Both the position numbers and the translations under genes were made by a program. Below are positions 27,268 to 40,053 of a stretch of 64,000 bases of DNA, piece after piece (positions within the stretch are counted from its first letter, which is position 1; each line of letters starts with the position of its first letter). Below the pieces are notes generated by a model. The model ran no database searches and was not told where the DNA came from. It saw only the letters and a list, made by a program, of their open reading frames with translations. Source of the DNA: Camelus ferus (Eukaryota); NCBI RefSeq assembly GCF_009834535.1, contig NC_045696.1, positions 84,818,001-84,882,000 on the forward strand. Direction: 5' to 3'.

Positions 27268-28228
27268 TAGGCATGCCTCATTTTATTATACTTTGCTTTA
27301 TTGTGCTTCACAAATATTGCAATTTTTTACAAATTGAAGGTCTGTGCCAGTCCTACATTGAGCAAGTCTATAGATGCCATTTTTCTAACAACATTTACTC
27401 TGTGTTTCTGTATCACATTTTAGTAATTCTCACAATATTTCAAACTCTTTCATTATTATTATATTTGTTACAGTGATCTGTGATCAGGGATCTTTTTTTT
27501 ATTGAAGTACAGTCAATCATAATGTGTCTATTTCTGGTGTACAGCACAATGTTCCAGTCATGCATATACATATATATATATATATATATATATTTATTTT
27601 CATTTAAGGTTATTACAAGATATTGAACATAGTTCCCTGTTCTACACAGAAGAAACTCTTTTAAAATCTATTTTTATATATAGTGGCTAACACTTAAAAA
27701 TCTCAAACTCCCAAATTTATCTCTTCCGACTTTCTTTCCCAAGTAACCATAAGTTTGTTTATTAAGTCTATGAGTCTGTTTCTGTTTTATAGACGAGTTC
27801 ATAGTGTCCTTTTTTTTTTTTTTTTTTTTTTTTTTAGATTCCACATATGAGTGATATCATATGATATTTTTCTTTCTGTTTATGGCTTACTTCACTTAGA
27901 ATGACAATCTCTAGTTCCGTCCATGTTGCTGCAAATGGCATTATTTTATTCTTTTTATGGCAGAGTAGTATTCCATTGTATAAATATACCACAGCTTCTT
28001 TTTCCAGTCATCTGTTGATGGACATTTAGGTTGCTTCCATGTCTTGGCTATTGTATATAGTGCTGCTATAAACATTGGGTTGCATGTATCTTTTCACATC
28101 AGAGTTGTGATCAGAGATCTTTAATGTTACTACTGAGAGTATGTGAAGGCTCAGATGGCTAGATTTCTTTTGTAATAAAATATTTTTTAATTAAGGTGTG
28201 TACTTTTTTTTATAAAACACTCTATGCA
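27268..28228 (+). mobile_element. Tigger1 internal-deletion derivative, split by an L1; right TIR missing
   Basis: Left end taggcatgcctcattttatt...ttacaaattgaagg...gagcaagtctat; resumes after the L1 and jumps to the Tigger1 3' part gaaggctcagatg...ttttaattaagg. Confidence 0.85.
27496..28105 (-). mobile_element. Young L1 3' fragment (~610 bp) with 17-bp TSD
   Basis: Antisense L1 3' UTR (attgaagtacagtc...tagattccacatatgagtgatatcat...ggacatttaggttgcttccatgtcttggctattg); TSD TGTGATCAG(G/A)GATCTTT at 27479-27495 and 28106-28122. Confidence 0.92.
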
Positions 28229-28752
28229 ACAAAAACAGAATATGTATTCTTCTCAATTGCACATGGAATATTATCAATATAGACCATATTCTGAGCCATA
28301 AAACAAAATTTAACAGTTAATAAAAGTAGGCAACACATAAAGTTGGTTCTCAGACCATAAAAGAAACAAGAAGTCAATAAGAATGATATCTGGAAAATTC
28401 CTAAATATTTCAAAACTAAATCATGCACTTCTATAGTTCCAGGGTCAAAAGAGCCTTAAGGAAAATTATGAAATATTTCAGACAATTAAAAATAAAAACA
28501 AACTGTCAAGATTAGTGGATAGAATTAAGTAGTGCTTAGATGGAAATTTCCATCATGTAATATTTATATTAGAAAAGGAAAACACCTCAAATTAGTAAAC
28601 TAAATTTCCACCTGAGAATCTATAGAAAACAGAGAATATTTAAGTCAATCTAAGCAGGAGGAAGGAAATAATAAAACTTCAGGCAAAAATCAGTTAAACT
28701 GAAGAGCAAAAGACAACTGGGGAAAAATGAATGAAATGATTAGCTGGTTCCT
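28227..28752 (+). mobile_element. Old L1M ORF2 (endonuclease-proximal) remnant
   Basis: acagaatatgtattcttctcaattgcacatggaata...atagaccatattctgagccataaaaca...gtgcttagatggaaattt...tagctggttc. Confidence 0.8.
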
Positions 28753-28929
28753 GTCAATACCAGCTTCCAAATTTGTAGAGAAGTATATGCCGAAAAGCAG
28801 GAGAAATGTACTGTACGTTAGATCTTTGTGATTATTACATAATCCAGTTATTATATTCAACTCAAAGTCCCAAATACCCAGCAACTGTGCAGTACTCTCC
28901 AGTAGATCACCGTTTCTATGGTTATACAT

Positions 28930-30240
28930 GAGTTGTTAAGCTATGAACTAAAAAGGAAAGGTATTTGTCCTACTCATTCAGTACGTAATGGTGAACAAGG
29001 AGAAAATGACCCCTGTGCACTCTCCCTTTTATAAGAGTGGAGATAGGAAATCACACACAGCAGTTGCTGGTTTTTAACAATAGTGAAATCCTGCCAAATA
29101 GTCTTTGTAAAATCTTCCTTCCCTGTGTGTGGGAGAAGTTTCTTAACTAGACTCAGATTCTGGTCTTTGGAAGGAGTAGCATTGTCTAGTCTCTTCAATG
29201 GCTTGCATGTGAGTGTGTGTGTGTGTGTGCACGTGCGAGCGTGTGTACCCACCTTAGTTAAGTCCTCCTTCCCTCATCATCCTTTATGGCATCATGTCAA
29301 GTGGTTATTTGGAAATACGTTCTCATTAAGGTCTGCACAGCCTCCACTGCTTTTATCCTTCTATTGAAAGTTTGAGGGCAAAGGAGTGGTTTAGTACTTA
29401 ATAGACAAAGCAACTATTACACTAAGCTCTTGCTGTTCTTGGTAACTCAATGGCCTCAAAAAAAAAAAAAAAAAAAAAAAAAGCAAGCTTCTAGTCTGTT
29501 TGCTTCTAGAAATGACTATATTCCAGTAAGTTTTTTTTCCCCTAGACATAGATCTTAAGTTGGCTTTCTCAATTTTTTTAGATCCATTCGTTCTCTCTCA
29601 ACACACGGTTATTTGAAATTACAGGCTTGGGTGGGAACAAAAGACCCTCAGTTTGTACTTTTCACAAGGCTGAGTGACCTTGTTTAATGGGAAACTTAAT
29701 GGACATTTATCACTCAAACAACTTTTGTCTCACTAGATTTTGAAGCCAGAAGCAGCTGGGTTTTCAAACTGGCAAGGCCACACATTTCTGGACTTTATTT
29801 ATTCTCTTACATTTCTGCCTGAAAGCTGTCAACTCTTCCCTGTGCTGGAGCCCATCTCTCTTGTTTAGTACTCTGGTAAAAGCAGAAAATAAATACCAAC
29901 AAATACTATCATTCCATTTCTTTCCAAACACTTCCCACAGAGCTGAGTCTTGTTAGGGACATGGACTGCCTTCCAAGTTATTGACCATAATGATTTTGCC
30001 AACTGTGTTGTCTCTTCATAAAATGAGTTTTTCATTTTCTAACTGCTGACATCAGTTTCCTCACAGATAACTTCTAAGATGCTTAGCAAAGTGTATCAAT
30101 TACAACAGTACCCTGGCCATCAAATAATTTCTGCATTGGTTAAAGGAACTCTAAAGCCTGAAACAGCTCCAATATAAATAAATGGTACAAACGACACAAA
30201 ACTGTTTTCTAACTTATATGTTCTAAACACATGTTCCTAG
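28930..30240 (-). mobile_element. Probable MaLR internal (MLT1-int) remnant with adjoining LTR piece
   Basis: ctgccttccaagtta...ttttgccaactg...caacagtaccc...aatttc|tgcattggtt resembles the int/LTR junction; heavily decayed. Confidence 0.4.
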
Positions 30241-30329
30241 TCCATAACCTATTCTTTAAAAATGTGTTTATAATTCCCCAGGAAGTCCAGGGTACATAAA
30301 CTGATTCCTAGAAGCAAACCTTTTATCTT

Positions 30330-33322
30330 TTCCCCACAGAGCATAATATGATTCAATATACTGTGTCTCCCATCCATATTACATTTGGCAAACGTATTAC
30401 ATTTCTATATGCTGTAGCCCCAACAATATAGTATATACATACAGTTTTATGCAATTAATTCTTAAAACTATTACAAAAGAAAGAATAAAAATTCCTTTAT
30501 ACTGTCTCTTATAGTTATATAATTGCCTTTACTATTGTTCTTTGTTTTTTTCGTGTGAATTCATATTATTGTGGGAGGTCACTTGCTTTCAGCCTGAAGA
30601 GCATTCTTCAGTATTGTTTATAAAGCAGATCTGATAGCAACACATTATGTCAGTTTTTGCCAATGTGGGAATGTCTTTATTTTTCCTTCATGTTTGAAAG
30701 ACAGCAGATGGCTTTTATGAATATAGAATTCTATTTGACAAGTTTTATTTTATTTTTTTTTTTGCTTGCTTTTTTCCTTTGAACACTTTGAATATGTTTT
30801 CCCACTTTGTCTTGACTTCCATTGTTTCTGATGAGAAATAATCTAGTAATCTTAGAGGGGCCCGCTTTTATGTGAGCATTCATTATTCTCTTACTACTGT
30901 CAAGATTTTCTCTTTGACTTTGTCCTTCAACATTTTTACTGCAGTGTTTCTGTTTGTAGATATCTACATTTATCCTACTTGGAGTTTGTTGAAGTTTCTG
31001 GATGTGTAGCTTAATATCTTTCAAAATACTGAGACCTTTTCAGCCGTCTTTTCTTTAAATATTCCTCTGCTTCTTTCTTTCTCTTCTCTCTGATACTACC
31101 ATTATGTATACAGGCATACCCCAGAGATACTATAGGCTCACTTCCAGACCATTTCAATAAAGTGAATATTGCAGTAAAGTGATTTACACAATTTTTTTTT
31201 GTTTCTTAATGCATATAAAAGTTACGGTTATACTACATTATAGTCTTATTAAAGTCTGCAATAGCATTATGTCGAAGAACAATATACATACCTTAATTAA
31301 ATACTTAAAAATACTTTACTGCTAAAAATTGCTAGCCATCATCTGAGCCTTCAGTAGTCATACATTTTTGCTGGTGGAGGGCTTGAAAAATTTCAAGAAT
31401 TACCAAAATATTACACAGAAATGCAAACTGAGCACATGCTATTGAAAAAATGGCACTGATAGAATTGCTTGAGGCAGGGTTGCCACAAACCTTCAATTTG
31501 CAAAAAAATGCAATATCTGCAAAGTTCAATAAAGTGAAGTGCAGTAAAACAAGATATACCTGCATGTAGATGTGCTGAATGGTGTCCAACATTTTAAAAT
31601 TTCTGTGCATTTTTCTTTATTCTTTCTTCTCTGTTCTTCAGATTATATAATCTTTATCACCTTATTATCAAGTTGACTAAATATTTCTTCTGTCAGTTCA
31701 AATATACTGTTAAGCAACTCAAGTAAATTTTTTAAGTTTCTGTTATTATACTTTCCAACTCTGTAATATCCATTTTATTCTTTTTGAAATGTAATTTCTG
31801 TATCTTTACAGATAGTCTTTATCTGATACCACATTGTCATTATACCTTTCTTTACCTCTTTAAACATGCTTTCCTTTAGTTCTGTAAGTAAATTTATACT
31901 TACTAATGTAGTCTTTCTTTAAATCAGATATTGGATGGCTCTAGCAGATGGCTTTTGTTGTCTACTGTTTTCTTTGGTATATGGGTCATTCCGTTCCTAT
32001 TTCTTTGTATCTCCCTCTTTTTTAATTTTTTGGTTGGAAACTGGGCATTTTATATAACATATTATGACAACTCTAGGTAGTCTTCCTCCCCCCTGGTCTG
32101 GGCCTTGTTATTGTTATTTATTTCCTTGCTTAGTGACTGATTAGGTTATTCTGGTGAGGTCTGTTCCAACTCCCCCCACCCTCCAGTGTGAAGCTTTTTG
32201 TGCAGCTCCTAAGGGATATATCCTTGGTTATGTCCATTGTCACTGTAGGATGACAGTGATTTTGACAAAGCTTTCTTTAACTGTCACTCTCTGATCATAC
32301 TAATTGCTAGCTGATTGCTAGCATCTTTAATATTTTAACAGTATACCAGGGCATGCTTTGCTTCACAGACTAATGCAATCAAAATAAGGCTCCTTACAAG
32401 GGAAAGTTTCGGAGGTCAGTATTTGAGTTGTGTTCTGTTCTCACAAATGCTCTTCTCAACTATGTCTTTCACCATTACCCTCTGAAAAATTGGCTGGCAC
32501 ACAGTTTAGCCTGTATCTCCAATGAATCTGTAAATCTCCCCCAATTACTTCTTAATGCCACTTCCTTAAACTTGAACTTCTGCAGAGTCTGTGGCAAATT
32601 AAATCAGTTTTTGAAGAGGCATTGCAGCTCTCTGTTCTATGGCTGCTTCTCCTCCCAGGAAAAACCCCCGAACCACAGCAGTGGTGCTGGGGATGGAGAA
32701 AACGACACCCTTCTCTCTAAGTGACACCTGCTACTTCACATCCTGAATGCCCAGCACATGGGGGAAAGCAGTCTTAGATCTCCTTAGTTTGCCTGTCTTG
32801 TCATGAAACTCCCACATGATAAGCCAGAGCAAATGGTGGTCAGGATCCCGATATTCTCAGTTGCAGCCTAACTTGGGTAGGATTTCTGTTACACAGATGG
32901 GGTATGGACAGAACTAGAGAGCCCCCACATCTTGGTTTTATTCCCCAGGACCTACCCTCTCACCCACAGGTACCCGGAGCAGGATGCAGTATGTTGATGT
33001 CCTTTCCCTCCTGAGCAGACAGGCCTCTGACTGGGAAGTGGGGAGCAGAAGAAGCCCTGTACAGTCTAGAGTAGCGTTTCTGCCTCACTGAGCTTGGAGG
33101 AGGAAGGATGGCCTGGGTCTTGGTTAAGATAGAATAGACTCTTACGGGCCTTACTGACTTTTAGTGTATTTTCTTGAACAAGTGTTTTAATTTGCCTTAT
33201 GCCCTCCAGTCCACTTCCAGGGAATTTAAACCTTGCTCTTCTGTCTGTTTTATCATCCTCACCAGTTTTACTTTGGAGCAGATCCATAGACCTACTTACA
33301 CTATGATAGTGCAAGTGGAACT
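30330..33322 (-). mobile_element. Old L1M (L1MD/L1ME-type) 5' UTR, ORF1 and inter-ORF
   Basis: ORF 30731-31024(-) MKDIKLHIQKLQQTPSRIN resembles L1 ORF1p; tttcagcctgaaga..cttcagtatt..tataaagcagatctg is antisense ORF1 C-terminus; 5'-end-like ttggagcagatccatag..cttacac near 33.3 kb. Confidence 0.8.
31111..31562 (-). mobile_element. Complete ~450-bp Tigger1-derived MITE (Tigger1a-type) nested in L1M
   Basis: Both TIRs (ta|caggcatacc ... gatatacctg|ca); Tigger1 end sequences joined at gagggcttg|aaaaatttcaagaattacc. Confidence 0.9.
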
Positions 33323-34007
33323 CCTACAGTGTATTTTTTAGATGAAAAATTTTCAAATGCCTTACTTACTACTTTAGTTAGTGGAATCAGACTTCTCTCC
33401 ATGAGAGACTAAAATATATTTCTTTAATCATCGTATACCCATCGGCACTGGCAGAATTAGTGCTCATCACATTCAGCTCATTGGCAGCTCTCAGCCCCAA
33501 CTTCTTATGCTATTAGGAAGCTAAGAGATCTACCCCAGGTTCAGGATGATGGCTCAGGATGACAAATTCTAATTAAAATCTCTGAATGAAGACCTTTTAA
33601 AATATGCTAGAAGAGACCAGTTTAGAAGAAAAAGTTAAAATATTTGCGTTAGTTTTAGTGATTTAACAGCACCCAGTTCAGGTCAAACAACATTTTTTTT
33701 GGCTTTGCTAAAAATACGCAGATTGAGTATGTTTTTAACACATCTCACTCACAAACTTCTAGATAAATGATAATAAAGTGATAAAAACACACTAGGACTA
33801 ATACAAAATGAGAGGGAAAAGTAATGAAAAACAAATTTTGGTAAACTGTGGGAAGAGTAAGTGGTAAATGATGAGCACAATGGAGAAACATCTAGAGGGA
33901 GATGTTAAAGCTCATTTACATTGCAGAACACTGAACTTAAGAATTTGAGGTATCAGTTACCATGGAAAGCACTGATTTTTCTAAAAAAGGTTTAAAACAT
34001 TAGGTGA

Positions 34008-34371
34008 TATTATGGGTTGATTATGTTTCTCTAAAATTCATGTGTTGAAGCCCTAATTTTTAACACCTCAGAATGAGACTGTATTTGGAGAGAGGGCCTT
34101 TATGGAGGTGATTATGTTAAAATGAGGGCCATAATGAGGGACTCTAATTCAGTCTGACTGGATTACCACATAAAAAGAAACATCAGGGTTGTGTATACAG
34201 AGGTACCACCATGAAAAGAGGCAATGAGAGGGCAACAAAATGTAAGTGATGGAGACAGTCCTCAGGAGAAACTACCTGTTCTGGCACCTTGATCTTTGAC
34301 TTTAAGCTCCTAGAACTGTAACGAAACACATTTCTGTTATTTAAACCATTCAGCCTTAGCAAACTAATACA
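34008..34371 (+). mobile_element. MaLR solo LTR (MLT1A-like)
   Basis: aaaattcatgtgttgaagccctaa...gactgtatttggaga.agggccttta.ggaggtgatta.gttaaaatgagg...ggcaccttgatctt.gactt...agaactgt...aaactaataca. Confidence 0.88.
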
Positions 34372-34444
34372 AATGATTGGGTGAGAGTTTTGTACACAGA
34401 GGCATGCAGCCAGGGGATTATCTCATCTTCCATTGGTTCCCTCC

Positions 34445-35755
34445 TAATGTAACAGAAATGAAGAATACCTTTCATAGGCTTATTGGTGGACTGGACTTGG
34501 CTGAGAAGAGGATCTCTGAGGTAGAGGATATATTAATGGAATCTTTGAAACCCAAAAGCAGCGAGAACAAGACTTAAAAAAGAAACAGAACAGAATATCC
34601 TAAGTGATAACCACACAAATTGTAACATCCACATAATAGGAATGCTAGGAGGAGAAGAAAGAGAGAAAATACCAGAAGAAATATTTCAAACAATAGTGGC
34701 TGAGAATTTCTGCCAAATTAACATGAGGCACCAAACCACAGATCCAGGAAGCTCAGAGAACACGAGCAGGATTAATGCCAAACAAACAAACAAACAAAGG
34801 AAAAACATGTAGGCATATCATTTTCAAACTAAGGGAAATCAGAGATAAAGAAAAATTTCTGCAGGAAGCCAGAGAGAAAAACACTTTAACTATAGAGGAA
34901 TAAATTTAAGACTTACATCTGACTTCTCCTCAGCCCTTGCAGGCAAAAAGAGTGGAGTGAAATATTTAAAGTGTTGAGAGAAAAAAATAAAACAACCTAG
35001 AGTTCAGCACACTGAGATATTTTTCTTTAAAAATGAAGGAGAAAGAAGGACTTCCTGAGACAAACAGGAATTGAGGGAGATTATTGCTAATAGACCTGCC
35101 TTGCAAGAAATGTTAAAAGTTCTTTAGAGAGAAGGAAAATAGTATGAGTCATAAACTTGAATCTACATAAAGTGAGTGAATCAAAGAGGAAATAGGTGAA
35201 GATAAAATAAAAACTTTAATTTTTCTCACCCTTAATCACCTAACAATTAACAGTTTGTTCAATATAATGATACCAACAGTGTATTTGATTATATAAGCTA
35301 TGAATGTCAGAAAAAATATATGTTTACATATACTTATTATAAGTTATGAATGACAGCAGTAAAACAAGGGAGGGAGGGAGGAGTTAGGATTGTTATTTTA
35401 AGTCCTCATGCTACCTGTCAAGTGATACGGTGCTATTTGAAAGTGGACTTGAATTAGCAACACATAAAAAGGTTAAAAGGGGGAGTATAATATATTAAGA
35501 AAGGAGAGAAAATGGAATCATATAAACTGTTAAACCACAAAAGGCAGAAGAAGAGTGGAAGACAAAAATAGAAATGAGGGAAAACAGCAACAAATGAAAA
35601 CAGAAACAAATATGACGGATATTCATCCAGCTGCACCAATAATCCCTTTGAATGTTAACGGTTTAAATGTACCAATTAAAGACAGAGATTGTTATAGTGG
35701 ATGAGAAAACAAGACCCAAATATATTTTATTTTACCCATTTTAAATGAAGAAACA
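34445..35755 (+). mobile_element. Old L1M (L1MC-type) ORF1, inter-ORF and ORF2 start
   Basis: VTEMKNTFHRLIGGLDLAEKRISEVED (ORF 34377-34577) is ORF1p coiled-coil-like; ccacagatccaggaagctcagagaac; ORF2 start tttgaatgttaacggtttaaat...ccaattaaagacagagattg. Confidence 0.85.
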
Positions 35756-35760
35756 GTGAA

Positions 35761-35860
35761 CACTTCCACTTCTGGCCAAGATAGATTAATATGGGCCAGA
35801 TTTACCCTCCCTTGTAAAACAACTTAAAAAAACCTGACCAAACAAACCAACAAAAAACAG
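35761..35860 (+). mobile_element. Isolated old L1M(E) 5' terminus
   Basis: acttccacttctggccaagatag...ccagatttaccctccc...aaacaacttaaaaaaacc matches recalled L1ME 5'-end style. Confidence 0.6.
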
Positions 35861-37554
35861 GCAAAACACATTACATAGTGTAATGGGTATAAAGTGATCA
35901 CATAAACAAAATAATCTGAGGTAGAGAATGAAGACTCCCGTGAAGTGTCAGAGGTGCTTTATATGTTACTTGAATTTTGAAGGAGAGATTTAATTGATAG
36001 AATTGCTGTTAATCTGTTGGCATCATGTACATGTAGATTATAGAGGAATGAAAAATAACATCATTTTTCAGTGTCCAAGTTTGGAATCATTCTGGAGCTA
36101 GATGGGAAACCAAATTTTTTTTTTTTCCTGGTAAATCTAACCTGGAGAAGGTGGAATGAACTTGTGGCTAAATGGGCCTCTTAATGTGTATTCTAAACAA
36201 GAGACCTATGTCATGTCATGGACAGCGTTGGACAGCTGACTGCCGCCAGTAGGTCCCAAGTAGTGCAGCCAGGCAGTTCCCAAAGAGAGCACTCCCAAGG
36301 GCAGAGTTGTGTTTGTCCTCCTCTCACAGTTGCAGTACTCAGCTAAATCACTCCTCCCTCCTGGGGAAAAAGTGAGGGGGCTGGGAGTTGCTGGAATGGT
36401 TTTGTTCTGCTGTTCCTTCTTGAGAGGAATGAAAAGCTCCTTCTCAATATGGAAACACAGGAGGAAGACTTGTATCCTCTGTCCACTTTAAAGGGAAAAT
36501 ACTGACTTGTCTCAGAAAAAAACAACAGTAACAACAACACAAAAACCAAGATGCCAAGTCAAACATTATTAGTTTCTCTATTTTTTCATGTAAAGAAGAT
36601 ATTCTTAAAAGAAGTACTTGGGAGGTCAAATTCAAGTTATTATTTCATTTTATTTGTCACATACAAGGCCACCCTTCATTTAATTATTTTTAATCTTTCC
36701 CCTCTTGAAGATGTAGTAATCTTTTTACCGTTAGTTACTTTAATTTGACTTTGTTGGCTTTTGTGCTTAGAGCAATTTGAATTTGACAGTTAATTTATGG
36801 AGAATTTTAATAAGGAAAGTCAGTTAAACATCTGTCCAGATTAGCCCTTATAAATACAGCAGTAGAATGTAAATTTGCATTGCAATAAGATTTATTAGAA
36901 AAGTTTAACATGCCATCACCTACTCCTACTGACTTTTTTTTTTAAATGAGAGTTTCAGCCAAATGCATCAGAGTTAATGAACACAAACGATGTATTTCAC
37001 TAAAATACACTATGTGTTATTTTAGAGGCTATCAAAATATGTATTAGTTGAAATGATAATTTAAAATGTTTCTTTATTGTCTGCAGTTGTTCTCTCAAGA
37101 TGTCTTTTTCTATCACCAGCAAACATATATACATTAGCATACTTGTTTTTACAACTCAAACAGGTTTTTAAAACTCTCAGCTTAGTCACTATAAGAAGCG
37201 ACCAGGATGATTATCAAGTTTTCAAAAAAATCATTAAAGAATATTAATGTCGAATTGCATCCTTGAGTTTCACTTGATGGAATGACTTTTTTTTTTTCAT
37301 GCATTGCTTTACTCAGTTGAAAATTTAATTTGTTTCCACCGGAATGATTTCAGATTCAGGTTCTTCATCCATAATGCCTTGGTCCTTCTATATAAAATAT
37401 GATTTGGGGATTTGTTCATTCAAATTCCTGACATATGAAAAATTTTAGAGTCTCTTCAGGGGTGCCTTTGGGTCCATAACTACTTGTTAGCCATGTGAAA
37501 ACTTGGAATTGTCTCCGATGAGCCTTCAGATACTCGTTCTAATCCATGTGCTCA

Positions 37555-37676
37555 TCCCCTGTGCTTTCCCCAAATGATGAGTTTCGTGAGGGCATAAACC
37601 TAACTTTTGCATCTTCAGTATCTAGCAGAGTTTGCATGTAGTAGGTGACCCAGACATTTACAGAATAAGGAATGAG
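37555..37676 (+). mobile_element. L2 3' terminus
   Basis: gagtttcgtgagggcata...tcttcagtatctagcagag...gtagtaggtg...aggaatga. Confidence 0.6.
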
Positions 37677-40053
37677 TATGTCTAGTCTTGTCACTACTCG
37701 TCTCTTGCAGATAGCTGAGTGATTTATATGCCTCCCTTTTAAATACCTTAAAACCTTTTGAGATTGAGGAAGAAATATTTGTTGTAAGGTCCATTGGATT
37801 TCATACATTTTTCTCTTCTTCATTAATGTTTAATTCAATGTTTGAATGATTTCTACTTAAGGAAGACTTCCCATTATCTGAATATGTTAGGACGAAGAGG
37901 CATGAATCTCAAACTCTTCAACAGCACAATAAAATGCATGAAAGCACTAATCTTCTTTCATGAAAAATAAAATATTGGCATGACATAATCTTCCACTACA
38001 TAGACATATGATGATTTGTTAAATTATTCCCTAATGTTTAAAATGTAGTTTTTTCCTATTAGTTTGCTCTTGTAAATAATTCTGTGATTAATTACCATGT
38101 GTGTACATTGTTTAGCTGTATCAATTTGCTATGTCAGAGCTTTCTAGCCATTGATATTATTGGGCAATATTTAGGGAGAGATTAGCACTGCAAAGTGTCC
38201 AGTTTTATTAAATTCACACCAGTTCGTGGATGCAGATAGGTCTTAAATGCCTAAAACTTTTATGGTTTTTCTTAAGTTTCCTTATATGCATCTAGTCTGT
38301 GAGAGTCTACTGCTTATCATACATAATAGGTGTACGAAATTATGTTAATTTAGTCTGACTTTGGAGAAGAACTGCTCTGAAAATTAAATTTGAAAACTGC
38401 TGAAGTCCATAAATAGCTAAAAATTAAAGTATTTCCATTTAAATTCTGCAAGAATAAAGGTTTGGTTTTGATCCTAAATAATATTAGACATGAGCAATCA
38501 CTGAAGTAATTTCCTGAATTCTAAGATCACAAAATAGCAATCTATCAATCAAAACAAAATTCTTGCTTTATTATTGTCTGTTTACAGCTCCATAATGGAT
38601 TCAGTTAGTGATCAAAGAGCACATATTTTGATTCCAAAGACAAATATCCAAAGAATTTACACTTTGACCATGTGATATCCTTCAGATGAGAGACTGACAT
38701 CCTGAAACATGATAATGGTGTATGACAATTTGAAGTGCAGGGTCCTGACTGTATTAAATACAAGGGTTCAGGGAGTTTTAAGTCACTTATGCTAACAGAC
38801 TTGTCAAGATGACATATCTTGTCAAGGAAGGGTTGGAAAAGAGAATCTTATGGTAAATTAAGATAGTTTTGATTTTTTATCAATATTTCTAACCCACTGG
38901 TTTGATGTTTCAGATTTTTATAAGTTCATGATAAAAGAAACTCAGATTATAATTTAAATTTATTCTGAATATGTTATAAACATTATAAACTTTTATAATT
39001 AGGTTCTAAATGTTTAAAAATTTTTTCTCAGAAAATGTTTTACAGAAACTTAAATTCTTAAAGACAAAACCAAAAATATGAAAGCCACTTTCCTTAAAGT
39101 CATGTATAACCATAACCATAAACTTAGACACAGTATTTTAGTTAATTTTTCATTTGTAGATTAATGAAATGCAGAAAGCCTTAGAATATTTACTCTAGCA
39201 GAGAAACTTATTTTTCCCATTTAAGGAGAATAATGAAGCTAGCAAATAATTTTGATACCGTCTTCACAAAGCAACTGTGATCTACTACTTGAGCTTTTAA
39301 TTTTTTCAGCTTATATGTGCATCTGTAGTTTTAACCATAAACTCATGCAGTTGTTCATCATGAGACTATTATTAAAACTTGAAGAAAATAAAAATACCTG
39401 ATTATATACACTTAATATATTGAGGTATCTATCACATGTCATATCAAAACAAGTGTTTCTTTAATGGCAATACATGCATTGTATAAAACACATTACTCAA
39501 ATCATATTACCTCTGGTCTCGTGTATATTCACATGATGACTTACCCTAGTGTATTCTTTTTCTTGGTTATTATAATCATTATTCATCTAACTAATGTGTG
39601 CATGATGGGGCAGTGTGCATAAAGACTCACTTGGTTAAGGGTAACCATTTGCCCTTCAGACAATCCTAAAGTAAAGAGAAAGCTAAATTTCTGTAATGGA
39701 AGTAAAATGATGAATGAAAAGATATGTTTAAAAATATATCGAGTTGTAACTGTTAATTCAAATTTTGAACAAATGGCCATACCCTGATTCTTTACGTTAA
39801 AGAACATGGTGGAGAATAGAAGTAGGCTAAATACATTAGAATGAAAGGATTCTCTTACTTATACATTTATAATGAAGTACACATATCTGATAGTATAAAT
39901 AACAGAATTTTATATAAATGTAGAATTTAGCAGGCAAAACGAGAAGATTCTTAAATTCAAGTAGTTTTTAACTTTATTTTCAGAAGGTTCACAGGATTTT
40001 GCCTCTATTTCCTATACGCACAGCATGGAAGAAGGGTGAACTGTTCTCTGTTT

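Noticed and set aside
32600..33150. CpG island or gene promoter
   Set aside because: GC elevation is explained by the old L1 5' UTR, and CpG density stays low
28227..33322. Twin-priming L1 inversion joining the + ORF2 piece and the - ORF1 piece
   Set aside because: Convergent geometry does not fit twin priming, ~1.5 kb of other sequence intervenes, and no shared TSD is visible
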